Shown here one piece after another: positions 37,801 through 51,924 of a stretch of 64,000 nt of DNA. Position 1 is the stretch's first letter; each line of letters begins with the position of its first letter. Under the pieces are notes generated by a model. The model saw nothing but the letters and a program-made list of their open reading frames with translations, had not been told where the DNA came from and did not search any database. This DNA is from Strigamia acuminata. Its lineage: Eukaryota. Both the position numbers and the translations under genes were made by a program. The stretch spans positions 19,034,001 through 19,098,000 of the forward strand of contig OX442314.1 in the NCBI GenBank assembly GCA_949358305.1, in the 5' to 3' direction.

Positions 37801-40800
37801 GAAAATGTAATTGTAATGAAAATTTGAACGTGCGACCTTGTAAGTCAAAACATAAAAACAGTAAAAAGGGAAAAAGAGCTGAATTATTTGGTTGTGTAAC
37901 AAGAATTTCACCTGAAGAAGTCACAAATTATAAAACTGGGAGTCATAAATTGAAACGAGAACAAATTACTAACATGTGATATCATACATAATGGTAAATA
38001 AAACGATGTAAAAGGATTCCTTTAACGATTGAAACTAAAATCTTAAATTGATTAAAAGATTAAACTCTTTCGACTACAAATAAATCCAAAAAAAAATCGA
38101 CTTTTCTAAAAAAAATATTTTAAATAATTTCGATCGAATTCATTCCACGAGCAACTTGTATTTCGTATTTGATTATCGAATAATTTAAAGTAAATTTTGA
38201 ATAATTTAAAAAAATGACAGCAAAATTTTAATCAAAAGTCTCCATTCACTTGTTAATAAAGCGTTTATTGTGTTGGTTTTTGTGTGTTGTGGATGTTAAG
38301 TGTTAGTTTCGTTCACGTAGAACTTCATTTTAGTCACAATGAATAAATGAAACACAATCCCGATTAAGCTTCTAACGAAATATCAGTTTGAAGTCAAATG
38401 CGTACACTTATCATGCATATAACATTACGCCCACGATGAAAGCACTAATTAAGTTTCAACTAACTTACCGGTAACTACAACTTGATTTCTCTATTATTAT
38501 ACGCAAAAAAAAAATCCATTCCATGAATTTCCTATGCTTTAACCATTCTATCTTTGTATAGTTTAATTATCCGTGCTCGTGAGAAGAAAGGGGAACGTCC
38601 GGCTTAAATTTAATGCAAATTTACATCTCCCGAAATATACGTTTCACTCCGCCAGCTCACTTTTGTTCTTTATACATTACAATGCAAACTAATCAACCAA
38701 TCACGAATTTTTATAGAATTTTCTCTCAAATTTAAAATACATCTCAATCCGAAAAAATATCAAAGCAACTTTCAAAAAAATAAACATTCCCTGAAAACTC
38801 ACTGCTTTAAAATCTAATTTAAGTTAATTAAATGGATTTAAATTAAATTAAAGCTTTCTCTCTACAGCTGCTTAATAACGATCTAATTTAAAACTCATTT
38901 GTATAATACCATAACTAATACAGCACACAATCTAAAAACAAAAAAAGTGAAAATTTAATTCCAACCTTTTCATCAGTGTCGCCATTGGTGGTAGAAGCCG
39001 GAATTTTTTGTACCTTCTCAAACCTTGTTAGCAAGACTGGACAAGAAGCACAAGTTGATGTTTAATCAGTACGAGGTTTGTTTTCTCAAGTACTAGGCTC
39101 AGCCTACTGCAATTACCTCCACATTGCTATTTGGAAGAGTTCAACACTACATTACGGGGGATGGTAACTGTGTAGACAGTTTGAAAAATAGGTGAGGACT
39201 AACAACCCTCAAAAAAAAATCCACATGTTTTGCCATAACTTTTTTTTCAATTATTTCCCTTCAACTGCTAAAAAAACACAATTCACACAATGGAAAAAAT
39301 ATATACGTCGTGTGTTTCGAACGTAGGATGAGCCCCAGAAAGTAGTCCGATCCGGAAAATGCAAGTGAACCTCCACTGTAAGTCATATGTCCGAATTAGA
39401 GAGAATAATTAAAATTTTTACAAAATTCGCAATAAAATATTAATTTTCAGGCCAATTGTTTCTTCCCAGTTTAAACTTTAGTCAAACAAACCAAAAATAT
39501 CAAAATTCGACTAAATGCAAAACGTCTGGACGGCAATTTGTCTGGACCACACAGACTACACTGTATTTAAACTCCTCAAATTCAAATAAAAATTAATTTC
39601 TTTTCAAAAAAAAAAAAATTTCTTCAATCACAAGAACCAAAAATTGCACAAAATTCTTAAAACCAACAAAACCTCAACCAATACAAACGTAACCAAAAAA
39701 AAAAAAAGAAAAACGATTTCAGTTGCCACACACCAACCCCCTGTCCATACAAACACCAGTGCTATTGCATCAAAACTTAGTTGTTTGGATTGGCTAAGAA
39801 TCTTACGAATAGTAACCTATAATTTGATGGCAACATCAGACTTATTAGTGCAGCTACCTGTCAAAAGGGAGAGTGATATACTAGGAAAAGCAGCTAAGAG
39901 TTTCAATTATACGTTCAGTGACAGTTGCTTTCTTCAAATAGCTATGCATGTCATGAAGAAAGAGGAGGATAGCAAGTTATGGCATCTTTGTGGCCCTTTC
40001 TTCAAGCTCATAGTAATTTTTTGTTGTATATCATACTTTCAATTATACAGGAATTAAGGGCCCTTTTCAATGTACAAACATCCCTCTGGTAAATTATAAT
40101 TTCTAAAGACGTTAACATGCATCATCACACATCACGTGAAGAAGCAAACATAAACACATCCTGTCTTTCGAACTTTAGAAATATTCTAAAAAAATTTTAG
40201 AAATCTTAAAAAATGAAAATATAAACTTTTCCGCCCCCTGCTGTTCCTCGACTCTGAATGACGTAATTTCTTTGCACAGCTACCTGAGCTAAAGAAAAGG
40301 CCCCCTACTATCCATCCATGTCTTGCCACCAATTAGTCCACACAAACACCAACGACATCGTACCTTAACTCAACGTGAATTATCACAAGCGTCTGCTTCA
40401 CCTGCGCACGCAGAAAAAACAAACTGAATGAAATCAAAATCTTTTGTGCGAGTATATCCTCCGTAAATCCGGATTAAAATACCTCAAAGATTTTCTATTT
40501 ATTTCTTTATTATTTTACCATTTTACGGCATCGAAAATTTACGAGGCCATTAATAGCGTCAAATAGAATTTCTCTCACGGTTGTTATCATCTCGTGACAA
40601 ACAGACGCGAAGCAGACCTTGCAACACTAATGTCATTAGCAGGCAACATTTGCACATTGCCACGGTAAACTAAAAGCTTCACGTTAGCCTGCCGCACCTC
40701 CGCATAGTTTATCATTTTTCCCGTGGGTTCTTTAGATAACCGGTTGAAACCCATTTAAATTTAGTTGCGGGTCTTAATCAGTGCAATAAAATTTATGTGT

Positions 40801-41488
40801 TGCTCGGCTTCACTCCCACACATCTGGTTTAGTTTGCCAACTCGGATACACTTAATGGCACACCGCAGAGTAAGTCGAAAGAGCATCAAACAGACACACG
40901 GTCAACTAGCCGGATTTGATAACCAATTTTCGGCTACGATATTTACATTTGGCTCCATAACACCTTTCGCGCATAATTATCTTCATTTCCTCTTTCTGCA
41001 TCCCTAACCAAACACACCGTGATTCGGTGAAATGCTAACTATATAGAGGGGAGAGCAAACTCGAGTGAACAAGCCACTTCAAATTCCCAAAAGCGATGGA
41101 CTGAAATTACAAGATTGGCATTTCAAGGTGAAATAACTTTAGATGCAGCCGACAGACGGAGCTGATACAACCTTCCCTCCCCATTCCCCTGCCTCCACTC
41201 CACCAGCATCTCTAGGGAGTAATGGCCAGGTTATGCGTGTTAAAGTGAACTGCTGACAGCTAAGGTTGGCCTATTCATCCAACAAGCCAGCCTCTTATTT
41301 GGATAGGGGCGTATCTTTGTTTTTATGTGTTTTTCGCCTCAGGAAGATGGCGGCAAAACGGTTGTAATGTAAGTTTTACAACGAGCACCACTAAAACCAA
41401 GCTTTAAGGGTCGAGTTTGCCAATATATTTTTCTTTATTGTTTTTAATTTCGCTTTTTTAAAGTCATATTCTAAAAACACATTTTTTC

Positions 41489-41656
41489 CAGTCGAAACTC
41501 TTTATAACGAATCGCGATATAACGAATTATCGATATAAGGAATACCTAAAAATGGCCGATTTGGTTCGCTGGCCATAAAACACCATGTTAAAAAATTTCG
41601 ATATAACGAATCGATTTTTTGAGTCCCTTGCGATTCTTTATAAAGAGTTTCGACTG
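41489..41656 (+). mobile_element. MITE family A copy 2
   Basis: CAGTCGAAACTCTTTATAA ... TTATAAAGAGTTTCGACTG|TA; shares GTCCCTTGCGATTC and CACCAyGTTAAAAA with copy 1; left flank is TC rather than TA. Confidence 0.85.
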
Positions 41657-44600
41657 TATTATGTTGTCATAAAACCCATTTACTTACAAGTTTCTCATTT
41701 TTCCCAGACCCTCTAAAATCCTCGTCACCAACTTCAATCGCAGTACCTTTATACCTAGGTGCAAATTTATCTTTTTAATTATATCTTCCCTATGAAGAGG
41801 ATATCTTAACTCAATGCTGTCACGATGCATTTCTCCCCTGTAACCAAACTTGTTCTCTTGTCCCTTCTCCATGGCTGCCCACTGAGTGACAGCTACAACA
41901 CTCCTAATTGGCCGACTGGTGACACCACATGACCTCAACCGTCCACCATCTTGCAACACTCGCTTCATTTTTAAAAACTTTATAAATCAATTAAAAATGT
42001 TCGCTCACCCTTCAGTTTGTACAACAAATTGCCGATAAACCCTAACTCGGAAATTAATTACGGACAGTGATTAAAATATTCTAACACTCCCTTCGAAACA
42101 AATTTGATTTTCACTAATTATGTCTAGCAAAAAAAGTAAACAAAATAAATTATTTACCCAACATATTTTTTTAATGCAATAAAAAAATTACACCGCACTG
42201 TACAAAGCTATTTGACCACTGACACAGACCCTGACAGAAAAATTGGACCCCTGAGGTTCGGTATTTTCGCTTTGCGACAAAAAGATATATTAAAAAAATA
42301 AATAAATAAAAGCGAAACCCTAATCAGGAAAAAAGCCACATCCAACATAGCAATGGATATTAAGTTGAGCTACTCTTTGATTAGGAGAGGCCTAACCTCA
42401 AATTATCATGTCTGTCACCCATCTCCTATCCAGGACCACCCAGTATAGAGAAATAAGTTCACTATGATGTCGTGTGTAGAGAACTGTGAATAAAACCAAA
42501 GACTACGGCTGAAAAAATAATAATTTAAAAAAAAAAAAAAACAATTAAGAAATTATTAATTTTTTTTTCAACGAAATAAATTCTTGTGAGAATTCGTTTC
42601 TCCATGAATGTATAATATGCAATAAATTTGATTTTCTATCAAATTATCTTCAAAAAAAAAAAATTAATAGTAGTTTAAGAAGAAAAAAAACATTTCATAG
42701 CAGTTAAATATAATCGTATAGAAAATGAATTCGATTACATCATTTTTAATAAATCTATTATTGGTTTTTGACTTTTTGTGTCTGATTCCCATAAAACCAA
42801 CTGTATTTATAGTTTAAGATAAAATTACATTCTGATTTCATCACGCAATCCGCTTTGATAATCCATTTTAACTTCACTCCTCCGTCTTCCTTTATCAGCT
42901 TAATCTGAACTATATTTCACCGTAAACTTGTAACCCGAGCAAACTGCAAATCCAATTTATACAAAATATAATGCTATACAATGAGCAAAAAAGATTTAAT
43001 ACTTATGATTTGTCATACTCGCATAATATTTTGCCAGAAGCTGCATTAGAAAATGGTACCCCAAGTGTTTCATCAGCTAAATTATTAGTTTCTTATGGAG
43101 TACAGCAGAAACTCAAATGGCAACTTGCATTATACATTTTTTTCCTCTCCAAGATTTATAAATATATGCTCTTTGAGTGCTGCAATGGCTAGTGGCGCAT
43201 TTGGCCATGTGTCCTTATAAAATGCTCACTGGAGCCAAAAGTTTCTTAAAAAATTTCCATAGGTTGCTATAGAAAGAGCAAATCTCTTTCACAACATGAT
43301 AATCGGCTTACGTGCTATACAATCCTTGCGCATACTCCATACTTGATGATATTGAACCAAATATTGATCAGGTGCTGAGACTTAGTAAATGAACTTACAG
43401 AAACCTACCCAAGAAAGAAAAAAATTGTTGCTTCCAGTAGAAAAAAATAATAAAAACAATACGTAATTTCTAGCACAAATAAAGGCATAATTAAATCCCC
43501 AAATGTATTTTCAAACCAAATTTCACCACCAGCATCGCAAAATCTTTTCCACGAACAATTCAGTTATCAACTCTATTTTGCTATGTAAATTCAACTTTTT
43601 TCTATTTACTTTTACTTATTTTTTTATAGTCTGTGTTATCTTTTCTCCCATCCTTATCGCTCCGAAAATCCAGCCTTTGTCTCCCTCTCGAATTCCATTC
43701 TGACAAAACACAATTCGAAGTGTGTGTAATTTTATTACCCTTTCTCCTCCCCTCGCACAGTTTTCGCCAAACACTGCACAAAATTCGAGTCGACGGATAG
43801 CTAATTAATTGAACATGAACACTGGCTAAACATTTCACAAGTGCATATGATCTCTCCAAGTCGGTAACATCAAAGCAAAATTTTGTGTCTGCCATCTTTT
43901 CCTCCCATCATTTATCCTCAGTTTTTCACCAGTCTAGAATTCACAATTAATTTGTTTGCGTTTTGTGCCACTGCAAGCTGCTTTGTGGTTGTGACGAAAT
44001 GCCGAGACAAATTTAGCTACCGAAAAACACTTTACTTAAAATTTCTAAGGAAAAATTAAAAAAAAAAAAAAAAAATTTAAATCTTGTTTGCTCATAATAA
44101 AATGACCAAATCACTAAATAACAAACGAAGTAAAAATAAATATAAAATTTTAATTTTTTTCGGAAAAAAAAAACCCACAACCGTAATATATTGCTAGCTA
44201 CATTCTTACTCTTTAAATTTTTGTTTCACGGGGCGGATCTTGTTGGTTTTACAGATGTAGTTTAAAGTCAAGGTCAGTCCCACCCATTTGAATAGTGGCT
44301 GTCATAACAAGGCGCTATTAACTATCTCTGCCTTCCAATCACAATTTTACCTACTTAAAGACATATTGTCACGACATACACAACAAAATTTTCTCACACG
44401 AGATTAATTTCACCTTAATTGCGGAATAAAATATTGACATCCACCCAATAAAAACCCGACAAATTGGAACAAATTAATGTAATGGATTTTCCAACACACC
44501 AGCAACTATATAAATACTCTCATTTCACTTATCTAAATTTCACGCGGCATAAGTGCAGTAGACTTGTAATTACAAGTTGCTTAGCTCAACCATTATTAAC

Positions 44601-45522
44601 GTTTGCATTTTCTCATATAATCATTTTCATATTTTTTTTTAAATGCCAAAAAATCAGATTAGAAGTGTGTCAATTATGTGCGTTGTTTTTGCCTATTTAT
44701 CAGTTATCTTTCACATTATCCATAGGTCTATTAGAGATTTAAATTACATAGCAGTTCGCATATTTATTGGTGCTCACTTTGATTCTCTGATGGGATGCTG
44801 ACATGCAAATGATAGGTCTCGCGGCTCATGCTTTAGCCATTGGCCCTGCCTATTTATGAGCTCTAAAAGAGTGAAAATTATCTGCTGCTTGAACTCAGTT
44901 TCAAGTTCATTTATTTTTTCATTTTATTTTGAAAAAACAAACGAGACTTTTTTTCAAAATCACAAAAATCTTTGCACATTTTAAAACCGAAACAACCTCT
45001 AAAACACTTTACAAACAAACTACAATTTGTTCATCCATAAATAATTCAAATATTAAAACAAGAAAGAAAAAAAGTTTAATAAATTACCCCTTAGCATGCC
45101 AATTAATAATAAGTTAGTTGGTCAGTTCTCCACCTGGTTGTGTATTTCATTGCAGATTCGTCCGTAAATCTTTTACTTTTAATTTATGACTACTTTCCTT
45201 TTACTAAACAGTCTTTGTGGACCTCTTTAATCATTTTTGGCGAAATTTTTCTAAATGTCCCTCATTATTGATAACGGCGGTTTCAGTTCAAAGACAACAG
45301 TGGCACTACACACAGATAATTCAATCTACCTAAACAAAATAGCCCAGAGCCTACGTTCAACCAATGAGAAACATTCAATTTTCAAACACGGGTGGAGTTC
45401 TACTTGTCATTACTACCGAGCCGTTTCAAACCTGATTTTATTTTTTTTACATCAAACCAACCCTTCGTTTATACAAACTTACTCTAGTACGTATACATAC
45501 AATAGTCTTCTCACTCATCATT

Positions 45523-45706
45523 TACCATGTTTACATGCTCAGTTTTCGAGAAAAGTAAAAATTCAAATTTAGCTTTTCTGGAAAATTGATCGTGTAAACA
45601 CACTAGTTTTCTGCAAAAGACATTTTGAAAACTAAATTCCAGGTAGATTTTGGGCGTTTTGCGCATTGCCATTCGCAAAGTAAACACCGAGGTAAACACA
45701 CATGCT
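45523..45706 (+). repeat. Dispersed repeat family C copy 2 (boundaries approximate)
   Basis: 28-bp identity with 25977-26004; starts TACCATGTTTACATG (cf. TACCGTGTTTAGATG at 25917); several GTAAACAC motifs. Confidence 0.7.
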
Positions 45707-47521
45707 AGATGTCAGTTGTCCGCCATTTTGCACCGTTTCGGCCGGATGGCGCCACGGACACAAGACAGAATCGCATTACAGTCTAACAATTAAATTGTGC
45801 TAGATGTGAAGTCCTGTAGTTGATCGTCCTAGCAACATCTAACAGAAGTGTTACCAAGCTTTTTTATACGTATGATTTGTTTAGGGTTTAGGAGCTGAAA
45901 TAAATCGACAATCATTTTGTTGTTCCTGATAATCAAAATGCGTTATGGTTCATTTTTACCAGCAAATTTTCACCACGTAAAAACACGCTTTTCCAGATAA
46001 AATAAAATTCAATTCTTTCACTTATCTGGAACAACCGTATAGTACCGATAATTGTATTGAGGTTAAATAATTTCTTATAATTTTTGTTAAATTTAAATCC
46101 GAATCTTGTTAACATTAAACAAGCGATTTACACGTCACATTGATCTAGTATAATCTCAATCAATTATTTAAAGTGCTTTTAACATTACGGACTTTGCGGA
46201 ACCTAATTTCTTATTTAGGGACTTGCAAAATTCGATTTACATGCTTACTTATAACATGCCCAACATGTCACTTCCAAACCAAATTTAGCAGCGGATTTTT
46301 TTCTGAGTCACAACTACTACCTATCTTTTTCTCTTGAATCTATCGATTCAGGCGAGAATCGCTAATTAAAAGCAAAAGGTTATGTCGCTAAAATCTAACT
46401 GTTGTCACCCTGGGCAAGCATTGTTGCTGCCATGGCTACAGTAATAGGCCTATTATGTTAAAAAGGACAGCCTCGCTTGAGGCTACGAGTGTGGGTGGGT
46501 GTGTGATGAGAACCTTAACGAATTCCTTGTTTCATCATCTCCCTTGATGGTTGTGCAAAATAAATCAGTTGCTGAGAAATGAGATCTGTCAACTGAAGCT
46601 GATGTACCCACAGGGGCCCAAAAGAGAAAAAAAAATACATATTAAAAAATAAAAAATATTAAAAATAAATTCACACGAGAAGACCTGGTGGACAGCAGGA
46701 AAAACATTTATCGAAGACCAACAAGCTTCCAAGCCGTGTTAATCATTGGAAAACTTCATTAACAAATGCATAAACTGCTTCACATTTCCCATTTCATTTT
46801 CCCGCAAGTAAAAACCTCCCAAAACTGTTTTAAATGTGAAATAATTAACTTGACATGTGGCCGGACTTGATTACTTTCTCCAAACATTAAGGGCGGACAT
46901 TTTTATTTAATTTCAAGACATAAGAAAACAATCACAAAAAATTTTTTTTTTTCTTTTATATTGATTGAAAAAATGACATAGAAGAAGCACTTTTATAAAT
47001 GTTCCCCATTTAGGTTTGTAATATATAGTTTTCTGAAATGTATAATTAAAAACAATTGAAAAGATATTATTTTCGGTGAGTGATGAAGAAAATTGGACAC
47101 ATACCACAAATTAAGTTTTTAAATTTGTTCACAAAATGGCCCGATTTTAATTCCAACACGATTGGGAATCGAAATAAACGAGGAAAAAAAATTTAACGAC
47201 TGCAATTTGAAGAAAGCTAATAAAAATTTTCAGCTCCTTGCATCATCACTCATAAAGTAATAAAAGTGCATCTGCTAATGCTTATCCACTTTTTCTGTAC
47301 GCCCAACCGATGTAACAAATGTTCCAACCAAAATGTAATCTTTGCTACTTTCAAAATTCTATTAAACCACATCCGACTAAATAAACTTTTGCTCATCTAA
47401 GAAAATGATTTTCACACCAAAATTTATATCCATCGCATTCTACAGTGAGATAAGTGTCACAACTTTACTAACAAATTAAGAAAACAGTTTTCTTTTATTA
47501 ATAATTCAAAAATTAAAACAC

Positions 47522-47692
47522 TGTGCGCATTCATAAAACCATTTAGACTTTATCAAGCATTTTAAACAACACATTTAAACTGCTTGTCTCGATCTAACTT
47601 CAAAAATGGCAACCGATTTGGTCCGTTTTCAGTCGTAGCGCTTGACATTTAAACAACAAAACATGTTGAACATGACTTTATGAATGCACCTA
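47522..47692 (+). mobile_element. MITE family B copy 2
   Basis: TGTGCGCATTCATAAA ... TTTATGAATGCACCTA; 19-bp identity at 47592-47610 with 25796-25814 and colinear similarity throughout. Confidence 0.7.
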
Positions 47693-47703
47693 CTGTGTTT
47701 ATA

Positions 47704-47892
47704 CAGTCGAAAATCTTTATAACGAATTGCAAGGGACCCGAAAAATCGATTCGTTATAACGAAAATTCGTTATATAAAATTTTTTAACATGGTGTTCTAC
47801 GACCAGCCAACCAAACCAGACATTTTTAGATACCGGTATTCATTATATCAATAATTCGTTATATTGCGATTCGTTATAAAGAGTTTCGACTG
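47704..47892 (-). mobile_element. MITE family A copy 3 (opposite orientation)
   Basis: TA|CAGTCGAAAATCTTTATAACGAAT ... ATTCGTTATAAAGAGTTTCGACTG|TA; interior is the reverse complement of copies 1 and 2 (GCAAGGGAC near the left end, TTTTTAACATGGTG). Confidence 0.85.
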
Positions 47893-50800
47893 TATTCCAA
47901 AAGCCTGTTGTTGCCGACAATTATGACCAAATATATACGCTACTTTCTTTATTCTAAAAATCTAATATTTCAAAATTAAATAAAGGCGGCGCTACATCGA
48001 GACGGTGCCATATATGTGATGATTTGTGTGTGTAATGATTTCCCATATTTATCATACGAAACACAAAGTTTGTTCCCTAATATTTGTCTATGTCTGAGAA
48101 TGATGGATTTGAAGTCAGATTTAGATATGGTTTCAGGAGGCGTGTAACATCAACCAAATACACAAATTGCTGATTGATGTCTCAACATTTCACCGTCTTA
48201 CCATTAGACGCCATACCTCTACCCAGCAAGACTAAACTGGGCCACCAACACGATTTTAAGGTGAAAAAGGGTGGTTAATTTAGTGCACTAAATGAATAGA
48301 AATGTCTTTAATGAAAACTAACCTTTAGTGCTATGGGAAACTAATGAGAGAACTTGAGTTTTTCACTCCATTAGACCATTACCATGTAAAAAAAAAAACA
48401 CAAACGAATCTCCACCCTCTTGTTGAATCAGGCAGAAAATTCCCGAAAGATATCAACATCAACGTACATGATATCAAGAAATGACTCTCTAATGACTAGT
48501 CGCGACAAATTCCACCTAAAAAAATGAAAAAACTTGCCAGATCGTAAAATTTCTAGACCAGAATGTGTCAATACCCACATTCTTTCCCAATCTGCTTTGA
48601 CAAACTCAGAAACTTCCCATTATGACTTACATTGCATTACATTTCATTGCACTCGGCACACAAGTGTTTTTTTTTGTCCTCAAAAACAAATACTAAGCAT
48701 GAAAATGAATAAAAACTATTTAACTTGGAAATAGTTTATCGATCAATCGAAAAGTTGTGAATTTTCATACTTTCGTCTTTGCAATTGTGCGCTCGAATAT
48801 TATGGTGGACATATTGACAAAAGACAGAAGTCAGTTGGGTATTCAATGTACGTGGGGAGAGATGAGAATAGGAAAAGGCAAAAGCATATACATTACACAT
48901 TTTGACAGCTGACAGGATAGTGTAGTCCAATCTGTCAGAAAAGGGCGTTGTCTGGATCATGGATCTGCAGATGTCCCTCTGGAATCCGAACCAATTTCCA
49001 ATTTAATGTGATGAGATTTTTGGATACTTTGTTTTTACCCAATTCATCATCATTAAAATACCCCACCTACCTAAAAAAAAATAATAATAATAAAAAAAAA
49101 ATTTTTTTTAAAAAAAAAAACAAGAAAAAGAAAACAATTTTTTTTGAAATGATAAAGTTATAAAATTAATGACACTTTCAAAAAAATTTCCGGTCCTTTT
49201 CTTCGCGACATAATTTGTCTTCACTCGTAACTAAAATTTTCCAAAAACTTCATCAAAGTCAAAACTAGACGCTCCACTTATCAAACACACTTAAAATATA
49301 ATTTTTTCTTACGATTAATCGATAACTCAACAAAATTATGCCTAAAAATCGGATAAAAGTTAAATTTTTGTTTTTAAAACTTTCAACCGTTTCTAGGACA
49401 AGTAAATCATAAACACCCCCATTACTTAACAGTTGGGGGATAAGGGCATAAGACTGGAGAGAGTATCAAAGCTCCCATCTCCCTACAGGTGGTGGTCATT
49501 CATCATGGCTATATTAATTATAAAGCCGCTGTTTGCTTTACACTCCCAGCTTACAAGTGAAAAAAGGAGATGGGAACGGAAGTAGTTAAAGATTTTTAAT
49601 AACACAAGCAAATCCAAAACACTTTCCGACATGTATAATCCAACAAATATAATTACTACAAATAATTTACTTTGAGTTATTAAAAAATTTCAATCAAAAA
49701 TTATTTGACCCAAGCCTTAAATCATCTGCATCTGCATGATATCAAATCCCTTCGCCATTCGATCCATAAAGCTCGGATTAATTTCCATCATTCATTTAAA
49801 ATATGAATTAAATAACTCAAAACACAAATGAGTGTTTGACATGTTTTACTTATTTTACCTGAAACATTATATTATATCACCACGGAATAAAATCCTGGAA
49901 ACGGCTCCTAAAGTCCCAGCAGGGTGGAAATGCTCCATTGTGGCCTAACAAAAGCAATGTAAAAAATACTGATTAAGTAGCAACATTATGTAATTCACCT
50001 TTACCTTTAATTGAGGAGAGATGTGGTTTTATATGACAAAGAACAACAAGAGATCAACGAGACAACGACCGAATGCAAACAATAAGCCGGTGGATTCATC
50101 TGAATAATTAAATATTTTACATTTTCATTTATAAATTCCAAAAATTGTCATTTAATAAGTGATGAATTTATGAAAGCACCAATGAATTCCAAACTATTCT
50201 TACCAATTTTCGTAATCAAATAATCAGAGCTTAAACCGCCATCGCCATTACCGTTTATCTGATGTCACTATCGACAATCTAATCTAGTTACGCTCACGTG
50301 ACTAATAAAAGCGCTTTAGCGGGGGAAAAACTAAACCAATGAATATTTGTTTTCATTGTCCCGTTTGTTAAAATATTTTAATTTTAAAATTAAAAATTAT
50401 TCATAAAATAAAGAATTAATTTTACGTGAATTTTTATAATTTCACTTTTTCTAATTTTCCGCTTCTGTACGAGATTCATTTTCAAACCTCTGCCAAGTGC
50501 GAGGCCAAGTGGCAAACGGTGGCACATCGAAGCAATAAAATCTTTTTTATTACCAGTTTTATTCCGAATCAAAATAAACAAATTCTTGAAAAATAATTTA
50601 AATTACCAAATAAAAAAAAATTCCTTTATCAGATTCAAATAGAAGACTAACAAACAAAACAATTATCAAAAAGTCGTGGGGAAGTGCCAGCGCTACACCG
50701 AGCATTTCAACAATCACACATTATCAGATCAAGTTGGTAGTCATAGAAACAAGCAGGGAAACGAGGCTAGTGGGAATGTACGTGATTCATTGCATGTAGG

Positions 50801-51800
50801 ATTCTTCTAACCCCCTCACTATCAATGCTAGTGCTAGCATGCTCCAGTCCCAAGTGTCACGTGATCGATGTACCACTTGCTCACTAGAGGGACACATAAC
50901 GAAGCTAGCTGGACGCCATGACAGCCGGTTGGGGAGCGCACTTATTTCCAGACATGACTATTGTTCCTATCTTTTCTTTCTTTCCTGCCCTTACCTTACC
51001 TTCCATTTTCCAAAGAGCCATCATAACAGTTTCTTTATTTTTTTTACTTTTACTTTGACGCACACCATAAAAATATGACTTCTGAGTACTTCAGGAATTT
51101 TTGGTACAATGCCATAACCGTTCTTTACAATGGAGAGAGAGGGCATTGTCATGTGACAAAGTTTGGTGAAGATCTAAGTGTTTTCGGATTTTTGTTTCAA
51201 TCTTCGGCCCGCAACATGTCAACATGAGGAGAGGCGTGGCGTGGCGTGAGAACAGAAATACATGAACGGAAAGATTCATTTTAACATCACAGACAAGGGT
51301 TGAAACTTTATTGTAAAGTTGAAATAATAGTCCCAATTAATAAATAAAGCAAAGAAATGCATTGGTAAATAGTCTAATCTCACTGTAAACATCAAAGTCA
51401 AACATCAATACATCATTTGCAATTTGTAAACATTTTGAATTATAATAATAGTAGGATATATTTACAATAAAAAAAAAATTCTTTTTACTACACAAACTAT
51501 GTGTACGTCAAATAATTCTCACAGTTTCAATTTTTATGCAATTTTCTTACATATAATATTATGACGACTAAAATAATGGGGGTAAATTTTTATAGCGGGT
51601 TTAATAACTAAATATCGAATTAAAAATTTTCTTTTGTTAATTGTTCATGCAAAATTCAATTCCCGAAAATTCTCTCAATTTTGTCAATTTTTAATTTAGT
51701 TCATTGGGCAACAAATTCTTGAATTTAATTAAAAAGAAGTAATCAAACACTACTAAGTCAACAAAGCGTTGGTTAGATTGCCTCCATTTTTATTCCACTA

Positions 51801-51924
51801 GGCGCATTCACAGTCGTTTAAACTTTATATTTATATACATACATGTTTATATTTTTAAAATCAGTCTGAATGTAAAATTTTACATGTTAAAAAATCTAAA
51901 CAAATTTAAATGACTGAATGCGCC
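51801..51924. mobile_element. Small TIR element with family-B-like ends
   Basis: Left GGCGCATTCACAGTCGTTTAAA; reverse complement of the right end GGCGCATTCAGTCATTTAAA; AT-rich interior not obviously alignable to family B. Confidence 0.55.

Noticed and set aside
39336..39565. Possible pogo-like element ending AGACTACACTG|TA
   Set aside because: The left TIR is too degenerate to support.
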